DNA of 50,398 nucleotides from Gammaproteobacteria bacterium. GTDB taxonomy: Bacteria > Pseudomonadota > Gammaproteobacteria > Eutrophobiales > Eutrophobiaceae. The position numbers and the translations under genes are program-made. The DNA lies in the NCBI GenBank assembly GCA_047620145.1, contig JBLHKO010000005.1, forward strand, positions 1-50,398. The letters are read 5' to 3'. The notes beneath the pieces are model-generated. The model was not told where the DNA came from. It was given only the letters and a program-made list of their open reading frames with translations, and made no database searches. Below, in pieces: positions 33,359-43,159 of the stretch (positions are counted from its first letter, which is position 1; every line of letters begins with the position of its first letter).

Positions 33359-34489
33359 ATGAGTGACACAATTGAATTAGCCAAAGACTTGATCAGCCGA
33401 CGTTCTTTGACGCCTGAAGATGATGGCTGTCAAAACATGCTTGCAGATAGACTAGGAACAATTGGCTTCAAAGCAACACATCTACGATTTGAAGACGTTG
33501 ACAATCTTTGGATCACTCACGGACAAGGCGATCCTGTATTTACCTTTGTCGGCCACACTGATGTAGTTCCTACTGGCCCTCTGGAAAAATGGGATTCAGA
33601 TCCATTCACACCAGAAATTAGAGACGGTATGCTTTATGGTCGCGGTGCTGCGGACATGAAGAGTGGCATTGCTGCATTTATTACCGCTGTTGAAAGATTC
33701 ATTTCTCAGAATCCTGAACATATTGGCACCATTGCCTTACTCATCACCAGTGATGAAGAAGGCCCATCCATCAATGGCACTAGAAAGGTTGTTGATTACC
33801 TCCAAGAAAATAATATCAAAATTAAATGGTGTCTGGTTGGCGAACCTTCAAGCGTAAAGAAAATAGGTGATGTCGTTAAAAATGGTCGTCGAGGTTCGCT
33901 CGGCGCAACATTGATAGTCCGCGGGGTTCAAGGTCATGTCGCCTACCCACATCTGGCTGATAACCCTGTACACAAATTGGTTCCTGCACTGGATGAACTT
34001 TGCGCCAAGGTGTGGGATGAAGGCAATGAATTTTATCCGCCCACTTCTTTCCAGATATCAAATATTCATGCCGGAACAGGTGCAGATAATGTTATCCCGG
34101 GACAAACAGAAGTCCTGTTCAACTATCGTTTTTGTACCGAAATCACAGAACAAGAATTGAGAACACAAACAGAAGCTATTTTTGATAAATATGATCTCAA
34201 CTATGAAATAATCTGGAGACTATCCGGCCATCCTTTCCTGACACCGGAAGGCAGTTTAATCAATGCAGTCAAGTCAGCCGTCAAAGACGTCGCTGGTTAC
34301 GATACCGAACTTTCTACCGCTGGCGGCACCTCTGATGGTCGATTTATCGCGCCAACGGGTGCTGAGGTTGTCGAATTAGGTCCGCTGAATGAGACTATCC
34401 ACAAATTGAATGAATGTGTCAGTGTTGAAGATCTCGACTTACTTTCAGAAATGTACGAAAACATTCTAAACACCCTGCTCCGCCAGTAG
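33359..34489 (+). CDS. dapE: Succinyl-diaminopimelate desuccinylase
   Basis: GHTDVVP, GRGAADMK, TSDEEG, GVQGHVAYPH, GGTSDGRF. Confidence 0.97.
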   Translation: MSDTIELAKDLISRRSLTPEDDGCQNMLADRLGTIGFKATHLRFEDVDNLWITHGQGDPVFTFVGHTDVVPTGPLEKWDSDPFTPEIRDGMLYGRGAADMKSGIAAFITAVERFISQNPEHIGTIALLITSDEEGPSINGTRKVVDYLQENNIKIKWCLVGEPSSVKKIGDVVKNGRRGSLGATLIVRGVQGHVAYPHLADNPVHKLVPALDELCAKVWDEGNEFYPPTSFQISNIHAGTGADNVIPGQTEVLFNYRFCTEITEQELRTQTEAIFDKYDLNYEIIWRLSGHPFLTPEGSLINAVKSAVKDVAGYDTELSTAGGTSDGRFIAPTGAEVVELGPLNETIHKLNECVSVEDLDLLSEMYENILNTLLRQ

Positions 34490-34539
34490 TATTTAAACTA
34501 TAATCAAATGCTACATTAAAGATTATTCACAAAAGAATT

Positions 34540-36057
34540 ATGACTATCATTAAACAACAAGACCTTATCGAAAGCGTTGCTGACGCCCTGCAATTTATTT
34601 CCTATTTTCATCCTGTTGATTTTATTCAGGCAGTCCACGAGGCCTATAAGAAAGAAGAATCAAAAGCCGCTAAAGATGCTATGGCACAGATTTTAATCAA
34701 TTCCCGCATGTGTGCTGAAGGTCACCGACCTATTTGTCAAGACACTGGAATTGTCACTGTATTCCTTAAAGTCGGCATGGATGTTCAGTGGGATGCGGAA
34801 ATGAATGTCACCGATATGATCAATGAAGGTGTACGTCGTGCATATAACCATCCTGATAATGTCTTACGTGCTTCTATTCTTTCTGATCCCGCCGGTGCCA
34901 GAATAAATACCGGTGACAACACTCCTGCTGTGATTCATATGGAGGTCGTCAAAGGCGACACTGTTGATGTGCAAGTCGCGGCTAAAGGTGGAGGCTCTGA
35001 AGCGAAAGCAAAATTTGTCATGTTAAATCCGTCAGACGACATTGTTGATTGGGTTATTAAAACCGTACCAACGATGGGTGCAGGTTGGTGTCCCCCAGGC
35101 ATGTTAGGCATCGGTATTGGCGGTACTGCTGAGAAAGCCATGGTGCTCGCTAAAGAATCACTCATGCAATCTATTGATATTCATGAACTCAGAGCGCGTG
35201 GCCCACAAAACCGTGCAGAAGAACTCCGTCTGGAAATTTTTGACGCTGTGAATGATCTCGGTATTGGTGCACAGGGCCTTGGCGGTTTGACAACTGTCCT
35301 CGATGTTAAAGTCATGGACTTCCCCACACATGCAGCAAATAAACCTGTGGCTATGATTCCAAACTGTGCTGCGACTCGCCATGCACATTTTGTATTGGAT
35401 GGATCGGGTGCTTCATTACAAACACCACCGAGTCTGGATGATTGGCCTGATATCACCTGGGATGTAGGACCTTCTGCAAGGAGGGTGAATCTTGATTCCA
35501 TCACCCGTGATGAAATCAGTACCTGGCAACCGGGAGAAACTATATTGTTGTCCGGAAAAATGCTGACAGGAAGAGATGCCGCGCATAAACGCATACAAGA
35601 CCTCATCACTAAAGGTGAGCCGCTACCGGAAGGGTTAGATTTTACAGATCGTTTTATTTATTACGTTGGGCCCGTTGCCCCTGTCCGTGAAGAAGTCGTT
35701 GGCCCTGCAGGACCAACAACAGCCACGCGCATGGATAAATTTACCGAGATGATGTTGGATAAAACCGGACTTATGGGCATGGTCGGCAAAGCAGAACGCG
35801 GACCTGCGGGTATAGAAGCAATTAAAAAACATAAAGCTGTTTATTTAATGGCCGTCGGTGGTGCCGCTTATCTTGTATCGAAAGCCATTACCGGTTCAAA
35901 AGTTATCGCTTTTCCGGAGTTGGGAATGGAAGCCGTGCATGAATTTGAAGTTAGAGATATGCCTGTCACGGTTGCAGTTGATGTCAACGGCAATGCCGTT
36001 CATAAAACCGGCCCACAAGAATGGCAGAAAATTATATTGCAACGCAAGACGGCATAA
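34540..36057 (+). CDS. Class I (Fe-S) fumarate hydratase
   Basis: PICQDTG, KGGGSE, GAGWCPPG, PNCAATRH, GPTTATRMD. Confidence 0.95.
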   Translation: MTIIKQQDLIESVADALQFISYFHPVDFIQAVHEAYKKEESKAAKDAMAQILINSRMCAEGHRPICQDTGIVTVFLKVGMDVQWDAEMNVTDMINEGVRRAYNHPDNVLRASILSDPAGARINTGDNTPAVIHMEVVKGDTVDVQVAAKGGGSEAKAKFVMLNPSDDIVDWVIKTVPTMGAGWCPPGMLGIGIGGTAEKAMVLAKESLMQSIDIHELRARGPQNRAEELRLEIFDAVNDLGIGAQGLGGLTTVLDVKVMDFPTHAANKPVAMIPNCAATRHAHFVLDGSGASLQTPPSLDDWPDITWDVGPSARRVNLDSITRDEISTWQPGETILLSGKMLTGRDAAHKRIQDLITKGEPLPEGLDFTDRFIYYVGPVAPVREEVVGPAGPTTATRMDKFTEMMLDKTGLMGMVGKAERGPAGIEAIKKHKAVYLMAVGGAAYLVSKAITGSKVIAFPELGMEAVHEFEVRDMPVTVAVDVNGNAVHKTGPQEWQKIILQRKTA

Positions 36058-36174
36058 AATCTTGTTTTAATATTACCCTACTTTATGAGTCCGGTTAATG
36101 ACAATTTATTCGGACAGATGTATAGCAGTACAGAGTCATTCCCCATATCTTTTAATGATTTCCTTAAATGTAAG

Positions 36175-36232
36175 TTGACATAACAGTTCGCAAGACTAAA
36201 ATAATAGTTGAATATACATTCAACTATTATTT
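36175..36232 (+). promoter_or_regulatory. Sigma70-type promoter with overlapping perfect 15-4-15 palindromic operator
   Basis: TTGACA (36175), 16 bp, TAAAAT (36197). Palindrome AAATAATAGTTGAAT-ATAC-ATTCAACTATTATTT at 36199-36232. Confidence 0.8.
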
Positions 36233-36283
36233 GAAACGTATCCAACGCATAGAAATATCAAAACCTTTGGGGGGTAAACCGCG

Positions 36284-36871
36284 ATGACTTCAGTAGTTCA
36301 ACCAGTAGCACCCGGAACATCAGATGATCCAAAAGTTAATGAGTTAATCCAACAGTCTATTGATGGCTGGTGGCACGATTCTGCAATGATGGGCGCTATT
36401 GCCCACCAACCGGATTTATTAAAAACTATCCTGCCAGTATTCGAATCTTTTTTTATTGCTGGTCGTATTCCAGCACATCAATTTGAGATGATGCGTCTTA
36501 AAACTGGTGAAATAAACCGCTGTGGCTATTGCATGACTGTTCGTGCCGCTGGTGTGGTAGACGAAGTCGGGCCAAAAGAAGAAGCCTTTATGGGTGAAAT
36601 TGATGAATCAGCCTTTACTCGACGTGAATATCTCGGCATAAAATTAGCGGAATACATGGCTGGTGATCCAAACTATATTCCTGACGAGTTTTACGATGAT
36701 TTAAAAGAAGCATATACCAAAGAAGAGGTCGTAGAACTCATTTTCGCCTGTAGTGTTTTCAATTTTGGCAACAAATTCAATATCACGATGCGACTTGATA
36801 CTACCGAAGAAAGCGATTACGAGAAGGAAATGGCTTATCCGTTTGTTCCCAAGGCCGCCGCTAATGGCTGA
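36284..36871 (+). CDS. AhpD-like/carboxymuconolactone decarboxylase family protein (CxxC)
   Basis: AHQPDLL, EMMRLKTGEINRCGYC, RE...IKLAE, EEVVELI...FN..NKFN. Confidence 0.8.
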   Translation: MTSVVQPVAPGTSDDPKVNELIQQSIDGWWHDSAMMGAIAHQPDLLKTILPVFESFFIAGRIPAHQFEMMRLKTGEINRCGYCMTVRAAGVVDEVGPKEEAFMGEIDESAFTRREYLGIKLAEYMAGDPNYIPDEFYDDLKEAYTKEEVVELIFACSVFNFGNKFNITMRLDTTEESDYEKEMAYPFVPKAAANG

Positions 36872-37214
36872 GGCAAATACCGCTCAAGAAAGCGACGCTT
36901 CTAATTTTTACGATTCAGATACAAACGGAAGTAAAGAGGCCATCCAACAGGGTGGCCTCGTAATGCTCGACTTTTGGTCTACACACTGTGGACCTTGTCG
37001 ATCGTTAATTCCACTGCTGACGGAAATTGCAGGAAAGTATCCTGAACTTACTATCATGAAGATAAAGATTGAAGAAAATGACAGTTTAGCTGATGAGTAC
37101 GATGTCAAAAGTGTGCCTTCATTATTGCTGTTTAAGAATGGTGAATATTTAGACAGACTCATAGGCAAGACACCTTTTCCAATTATTGATAACTTTGTCA
37201 AAAAACACGCATAG
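36864..37214 (+). CDS. Thioredoxin
   Basis: LDFWSTHCGPCR, VKSVPSLLLFKNG. Start placed at ATG 36864, an 8-nt overlap with the upstream gene. Confidence 0.88.
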   Translation: MAEANTAQESDASNFYDSDTNGSKEAIQQGGLVMLDFWSTHCGPCRSLIPLLTEIAGKYPELTIMKIKIEENDSLADEYDVKSVPSLLLFKNGEYLDRLIGKTPFPIIDNFVKKHA

Positions 37215-37285
37215 TGAATGACAGATGCTTGAGGCCTCATTGGTTGATAATTGAGTTTTGTTAATTTTAAAATAGGAATCTCTCA

Positions 37286-37867
37286 TTGGCTCGATTAAGA
37301 GAATTTGACTACGAGGCAACGCTTACTAATGCTGGTAGGCAATTTTGGGCCAATGGCTATCAGGCAACGTCTATTCAAGACATTGCCTCAGCCACTGGTG
37401 TCAAGACAGGCAGTCTCTACCTGGCATTTGGCGATAAAAAAAGATTGTTTCTAAAATGCGCCAAGCACTATATGGAACATACTTCATACGAAGCCGTACT
37501 ACGAGCGAACTCTGATACTCCTTTAAAAGAAAGCCTTAGTAAGGTTTTTGCCTTAATAGTTGAAAGTTGTGACGATGATGAACGAATGGGTGGATGTCTG
37601 GTAACAAATTCCGCCTATGAATTAGCCTCGGTAGATGAAGATATATTTGATGAAATGATCATCTATCTTCAGCAGATGAAGCAGACAGTCTACTCTCGCA
37701 TAAAGATAGCAATAGAAAATGGTGAGATCGGTGAGAAATATGACGCAGGATCATTGTCCGCCTACTACATGACACTTATTCAAGGTCTGTTAGTTTCTTC
37801 AAGAGTCACAAAAAATAAAGCCGAGATGAAAAAAGCGATTAAAGTCGGCCTGGATTTACTGGGATAA
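37286..37867 (+). CDS. TetR-family regulator (NemR/ComR-like)
   Basis: ARLREFD, FWANGYQATSIQDI..ATGV..GSLYLAFGDK, GCLVTN; TTG start. Confidence 0.9.
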   Translation: MARLREFDYEATLTNAGRQFWANGYQATSIQDIASATGVKTGSLYLAFGDKKRLFLKCAKHYMEHTSYEAVLRANSDTPLKESLSKVFALIVESCDDDERMGGCLVTNSAYELASVDEDIFDEMIIYLQQMKQTVYSRIKIAIENGEIGEKYDAGSLSAYYMTLIQGLLVSSRVTKNKAEMKKAIKVGLDLLG

Positions 37868-38629
37868 CATAGAACGACCATTACGAAAAACTTTAAACTC
37901 ACCTTTTTCCATAATATTCCAGTCTTCATCATCAGTCAGGGGTCGAGAGGCAATAACTGTAACCACATCTTTTTCAGTCGTATGCCCTTTGAAGTTGATG
38001 ATCTCTCCGGTATCGATCAAACGCGCTATTCCAAATGGATGACGTCGCGTGATCCAGCACATATTGTTCGTACAATAAGTATATAGATAACGTGAGTCAC
38101 TTAATAAAAAACTAAATACGCCTAATTGATTAATATCTTTTGCCAATTTATGAATGGATTCCCATAACACTTTATTGTCTTTTGGTTTCTCTCGGTATTT
38201 TTGTCTTATTTGATCCATCATCCAGCAAAATGCATATTCACTATCAGTCGTACCAATTGGTTGATAGAATTTTAAAGGACGTTTTTTAATGCCGCTCAGT
38301 TGTCCGTTATGTGCAAAAACCCAACTACAGCCCCAAAGTTCTCTCGAAAAAGGATGAGTATTTTCCAGGCAAACCTTGCCTCTATTCGCTTGGCGTATGT
38401 GACTTATGATTATTTTACTTTTGATGGCATGACGCTGAATAAGCTCGGCAATCTCAGACGCAACACTCGCCCGGGGATCATGGAATGAGCGACTACCACG
38501 CCCTTCATACAAACTAATGCCCCAACCATCTTTGTGTGGCCCAGTTTTACCACCGCGTTGAACCAGGCCTTTAAAACTAAAGCAGATATCTGTCGGAACA
38601 TTGGCATTCAGACCTAAAAGCTCACACAT
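37856..38629 (-). CDS. Class II glutamine amidotransferase, YafJ-like
   Basis: N-terminal MCELLG, HKDGWG, HIRQA, NTHPF, FAHNG, GTTDSE. Confidence 0.92.
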   Translation of the reverse strand: MCELLGLNANVPTDICFSFKGLVQRGGKTGPHKDGWGISLYEGRGSRSFHDPRASVASEIAELIQRHAIKSKIIISHIRQANRGKVCLENTHPFSRELWGCSWVFAHNGQLSGIKKRPLKFYQPIGTTDSEYAFCWMMDQIRQKYREKPKDNKVLWESIHKLAKDINQLGVFSFLLSDSRYLYTYCTNNMCWITRRHPFGIARLIDTGEIINFKGHTTEKDVVTVIASRPLTDDEDWNIMEKGEFKVFRNGRSMLSQ

Positions 38630-38788
38630 CATGCATCATTCCTGTTAAATAAAGGTGTTCATTCTAACTCATAATTCCTGCATTCGAAGACTTCAGTCAT
38701 TTCAGTTTTTATTGTTATGATGTAAATCTCTGTCCTCGATTGCAATCGTAACTGGAATAACAACAGTTTTTATGATATTTCTTATACT

Positions 38789-39352
38789 ATGAAAATATTC
38801 AACAGAATTAGAAATGGTTCCTTCCTGATCCTTGTCGTATTACTGTTGTCTGGCTGCGAGCAAGAACCTGAGGTAACCACTGAAACACTAGCACCAGTAA
38901 CTCAACAAGAAACCCAACAAGAAGTTGTTATCGCACTTAGCAACCCTCCTTCATCGGCTCACGTTCAGACCGATACTCAATTTACGATTGGCAATAAACG
39001 TTATCTTTATGATATTTCCAAACACTCGACTGATGATTTAAAATTATTGCTTCAACGAGCAGAAGAAATTAATCAGGCGGAAACAGAGAAACCTGACAAT
39101 CTCGAAATTGTAATGATTCTTCATGGCCCTGATATCAATTGGTTCACCCTGGATAACTATGATGAGAATAAAGATCTCGTCGATCTTGCTAAACGGTTAG
39201 ATGCCTTTGATATTATTGATTTGAAAGTTTGTGAAACTTCAATGGATTATCTGGATATAGACCGGAAACAAATTCCGCCCTTTATTGAATCAGTGCCCTA
39301 TGCCCCTGATGAGATAAGTCGATTATCAAATGAAGGCTATATACATCTGTAA
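38789..39352 (+). CDS. Lipoprotein with DsrE/F-like domain
   Basis: Lipobox LLLSGC; IVMILHGP, LKVCETSM, EI.RL..EGY resemble the DsrE fold. Confidence 0.65.
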   Translation: MKIFNRIRNGSFLILVVLLLSGCEQEPEVTTETLAPVTQQETQQEVVIALSNPPSSAHVQTDTQFTIGNKRYLYDISKHSTDDLKLLLQRAEEINQAETEKPDNLEIVMILHGPDINWFTLDNYDENKDLVDLAKRLDAFDIIDLKVCETSMDYLDIDRKQIPPFIESVPYAPDEISRLSNEGYIHL

Positions 39353-39422
39353 AATAATTATTATAGAGTTACTAAATCAAAACCTAAGAAAATCTCCCTG
39401 TCGAAAATCATCAGTTTTAAAA

Positions 39423-40388
39423 CTAAAAGTGTTGATAACTACTACCTGAAGAATCAAATCCAGTGCCGTCTGAGTCTAGACAGATCAATTTACTTCCCTC
39501 AGTAATTCTACCAATACAATTTACTGAAACATTAATATCCTTGAATACGTCGATGATCTGATTATGATTCTCTGAACAAGCAGTGAAACAAAGTTTATAA
39601 TCATCACCAGAAGTCAGCGCATAATTCCAGGCATCTTGTTTATTTATACATTGTTGCATTGCTTCTGATAACGGAATATTTTCCATCTTAAGCTCTGCGC
39701 CAACATGGCTAGCCTCGAGAATATGACCTAAATCAGAAATCAATCCATCTGATATATCAATCGCACTACTCGCAATGTCGCGCAAACGAAGACCTGCCTC
39801 GATACTTATCTCTGGCCTATTTAGACTATTAAGAAAAAACGTCTCGTGCTCATCCGCTACCACAAGCTTTTGTTGAATTATATCCAGACCAACACCTGCA
39901 TCGCCCAATGTTCCACTTATATAGATCAGATCATCTTGTTGCGCTCCGTCACGTCTGACCGCCTTACCTATGGGAACTAATCCTTGTATCTGTATTGTGA
40001 TCGACAGTGGTCCTTTACTCATATCACCTCCAATGAGACTGACCGAATGTTGTTTGGCTAGTTCGAGGAAACCGGTGGAAAACTGTTCTAACCAGGCATC
40101 GTTAGATTCTGGAAAGGTAATAGATAATAAAACCCATTTCGGTAGTGCGCCCATTGCCGCCATGTCACTGAGATTTACGGCCAATGCTTTATATGCGATA
40201 TCAGAAGGAGTTGTGTCTTTGGGGAAATGCGTTTCTTCCAATAGTGTATCTATTGAGAGCACGACTTCCATATCAGGAGGGATTTGAATAACCGCTGCAT
40301 CATCGCCGATACCACATTGGACAGATGAATCATCATCTGTAAGATTCTGGAAATACTTTTTGATTAATTCAAATTCTGACGAAGACAT
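39423..40388 (-). CDS. thiL: Thiamine-monophosphate kinase
   Basis: EFELI..YF, GIGDDAA, NLSDMAAMGA, IDISDGL. Confidence 0.96.
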   Translation of the reverse strand: MSSSEFELIKKYFQNLTDDDSSVQCGIGDDAAVIQIPPDMEVVLSIDTLLEETHFPKDTTPSDIAYKALAVNLSDMAAMGALPKWVLLSITFPESNDAWLEQFSTGFLELAKQHSVSLIGGDMSKGPLSITIQIQGLVPIGKAVRRDGAQQDDLIYISGTLGDAGVGLDIIQQKLVVADEHETFFLNSLNRPEISIEAGLRLRDIASSAIDISDGLISDLGHILEASHVGAELKMENIPLSEAMQQCINKQDAWNYALTSGDDYKLCFTACSENHNQIIDVFKDINVSVNCIGRITEGSKLICLDSDGTGFDSSGSSYQHF

Positions 40389-40403
40389 TTATCAAATGAT
40401 CAG

Positions 40404-40874
40404 TTAAGAAACATTCTTCATTTCTACTTTTCTGATTTTTTTTGCCGCCTTATCTAGGACACCATTAATATATTTATGTGATTGTTCTGCGCCAAACATT
40501 TTTGCTAAATCTACCGCCTCATTCAAGACTACCCGACAAGGTAGTTCCGGGTGAAATTTTAATTCATAAACTCCAATAAGCAAAATTGCTTTCTCAACAG
40601 GATCTAATTCATCCAACGGTCTATCCAGAAATGGTGTTAACTGCTTATCCAGTTTTTTATTTTCCTTAACTATCCCGAGTAAAATTTCTTTAAAATAATC
40701 AGTGTCAGCTTTTTTCAGTTCAGATCGTTCATTGACGAATTCATTTATTACATCCTGTATCGGCGTATCTGACATACCCCATTGATACAACGCCTGTACC
40801 GCAGAACGGCGTGCGCGCATGCGTGCGTGTTTGGAGAATGGTTTCTTGCCGACAGCTTCTATTTTCTGGGCCAT
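40404..40874 (-). CDS. nusB: Transcription antitermination factor NusB
   Basis: R.RARRSAVQALYQ, NEAVDLAK.FG, YINGVLD. Confidence 0.96.
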   Translation of the reverse strand: MAQKIEAVGKKPFSKHARMRARRSAVQALYQWGMSDTPIQDVINEFVNERSELKKADTDYFKEILLGIVKENKKLDKQLTPFLDRPLDELDPVEKAILLIGVYELKFHPELPCRVVLNEAVDLAKMFGAEQSHKYINGVLDKAAKKIRKVEMKNVS

Positions 40875-41347
40875 TATTTTAATGCCCTGAACACATTAAC
40901 CATCTCAATTGCAGCTTGTGCTGATTCTGAACCTTTATTACTTTCTTCTGCACCGGCTCGATCCATAGCTTGTTCCGTATTATCGACAGTTAGCACACCA
41001 AAGATCACAGGGATATCATTTTCTATTGAGATTTGTCCAAGCCCGCGAGCGCATTCCGAACATATATATTCGAAATGAGGCGTGTCTCCTCGAATCACGG
41101 CCCCTAGTGTGATGATTGCATCACATTCACTATGTTTTATCACATGTTGAACTGCTGAGGGGATTTCGAAGGCACCAGGCACACGAACAATAGTGATATC
41201 TTGATCTGATAATCCCGATGTTTTTAAAGTGCCTAGACAAGCCTCTAGCAGTCGGTCAACAACGAAACTATTAAAGCGGCTCGCAACCACAGTAATTTTT
41301 GCGTTATCAAGTTTTGACTTACCTTCGATTAAATTATATTCAGACAT
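40874..41347 (-). CDS. ribH: 6,7-dimethyl-8-ribityllumazine synthase
   Basis: SRFN, VPGAFEIP, GAVIRGDTPHFEY, NKG. Confidence 0.97.
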   Translation of the reverse strand: MSEYNLIEGKSKLDNAKITVVASRFNSFVVDRLLEACLGTLKTSGLSDQDITIVRVPGAFEIPSAVQHVIKHSECDAIITLGAVIRGDTPHFEYICSECARGLGQISIENDIPVIFGVLTVDNTEQAMDRAGAEESNKGSESAQAAIEMVNVFRALK

Positions 41348-41362
41348 ATGACGACCACATCA

Positions 41363-42472
41363 TCAGGTTACATATTCAACCACTTCAAGACCATAACCTG
41401 AAATAGCATGAAATCGTTTTGGTGCGCTTAGTAAACGCATTTTTTGTACGCCCAGATCAGATAATATCTGCGCGCCAAGACCTATCGTTCGCTGGTCTTT
41501 TGTGTTTTGTTTATTCATTTGTCCCACTTCATTGGAGCTTCCCTGACAAAATAATTTCAATTGCTCTGCCAACTCCTGTGATCCAAATTGATTACATAAT
41601 ATAACCACGACGCCCTGACCTTCATCTTGTATCCGTTTCAACACATCACTGATTGGCCATGCTGTATTCTCTCTTAGACTTCCTGTTAGATCATGAATTG
41701 GATTCTGCATATGTACACGTACTAACGTAGGATCATCCGCTGAAATATCACCCTTAATCATCGCCAAGTGCAAATTATTATCAATACTGTCTTCGTAGGC
41801 AACGATCTTGAAATCACCATATTCTGTCGGCATTTCATATTCTGCAACCCGCGAAATCGTTTTTTCATTTTCGATCCGATGTTGAATCAGATCTGCGATC
41901 GTACCTATTTTTAAGCCATGTTCCTTAGCAAAGATTTCCAAATCTGGCCTTCTTGCCATTGAGCCATCGTCTTTGAGTATCTCAACAATAACAGTGGCAG
42001 GCATAAGTCCCGCCAGCTTGGCCAGGTCACATCCAGCTTCAGTATGTCCAGCTCGTGACAGAACTCCACCGGGATGTGCCATCAATGGGAAAATATGTCC
42101 CGGTTGTACCAGATCAGATGGCTGTGCATTTTTTGCCACTGCTGTTTGTATCGTCAATGCCCTATCAGCTGCAGATATTCCAGTAGAAACACCTTTTGCC
42201 GCTTCAATAGACACAGTAAAGTTAGTGCCATGATTTGAATAACTATTGCCCGCCATCAATGGCAGGTTCAGTGTTTTACAGTGTTCCAGTGTCAATGTCA
42301 GGCATATCAACCCTCGGCCAAAACGCGCCATAAAATTCACATCTTCTGCTTTTACGGCAGACGCTGCGATCACAAGATCACCTTCATTTTCACGATTCTC
42401 ATCATCCATCAGGATAATGATCTTACCCTCGCGAATATCTTCAATCAGTTCTATTGCTGTATTTAACGCCAT
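41363..42472 (-). CDS. ribB: DHBP synthase fused to a degenerate GTP cyclohydrolase II-like domain (RibBX type)
   Basis: [23 protein letters not shown]. The C-terminal domain has LVRVH but lacks the Zn-binding C...CDC motif. Confidence 0.92.
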   Translation of the reverse strand: MALNTAIELIEDIREGKIIILMDDENRENEGDLVIAASAVKAEDVNFMARFGRGLICLTLTLEHCKTLNLPLMAGNSYSNHGTNFTVSIEAAKGVSTGISAADRALTIQTAVAKNAQPSDLVQPGHIFPLMAHPGGVLSRAGHTEAGCDLAKLAGLMPATVIVEILKDDGSMARRPDLEIFAKEHGLKIGTIADLIQHRIENEKTISRVAEYEMPTEYGDFKIVAYEDSIDNNLHLAMIKGDISADDPTLVRVHMQNPIHDLTGSLRENTAWPISDVLKRIQDEGQGVVVILCNQFGSQELAEQLKLFCQGSSNEVGQMNKQNTKDQRTIGLGAQILSDLGVQKMRLLSAPKRFHAISGYGLEVVEYVT

Positions 42473-42546
42473 TAAAATCTAGACCAAAATAGTTAAATTA
42501 GAAAAATTATAATTATGACACACTTCCAACGCTAATCTTGCAAGCG

Positions 42547-43143
42547 TTAGTGCTTATCTGAGACCAATGATTCCATGTATCGCGCCACAATATCGACCTC
42601 TAAATTCACTTGCGTGCCTTCAGTATATTCAGAAAATATTGTTTCTTTTATTGTGTGTGGAATAATATTCACAGAGAATGTTGATTCATCGACATCATTT
42701 ATTGTCAGACTAACACCATCGATACAAACCGATCCCTTCTTACAAATGTATTTCTCCAATTCAGCCGGATATTTTATTTCGAACCGTTCCGATCTTGCAT
42801 CGGTATATTTTTTTTGAACAATCCCTTTGCCATCAACGTGACCAGCAACCATATGACCGCTGAGTCGTGACGAAAGCTGGAGTGCTTTTTCCAAATTAAC
42901 TTTATTATCGGCACCCAGTTCATTAAACGTTGTGCATGAAAGTGTTTCAACAGAAACATCTGCTGCAAAGCCTTTATCTCGTAGTTCAATGACAGACAAA
43001 CAAACACCATTAACACTGATGCTATCTCCTATCTTTACATCTGATAAATCAAGTGATTTTGTGTTCAACACAAATCTTTTGTCGATACCGATGTCTTCGA
43101 TCGATTCTATGCTACCCACGGCTTCGATAATTCCAGTAAACAT
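42547..43143 (-). CDS. ribE: Riboflavin synthase alpha chain
   Basis: MFTGII, NGVCL, GH.V.GHVDG, DGVSLT. Confidence 0.97.
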   Translation of the reverse strand: MFTGIIEAVGSIESIEDIGIDKRFVLNTKSLDLSDVKIGDSISVNGVCLSVIELRDKGFAADVSVETLSCTTFNELGADNKVNLEKALQLSSRLSGHMVAGHVDGKGIVQKKYTDARSERFEIKYPAELEKYICKKGSVCIDGVSLTINDVDESTFSVNIIPHTIKETIFSEYTEGTQVNLEVDIVARYMESLVSDKH

Positions 43144-43159
43144 ATCTATACTTGCCCAA

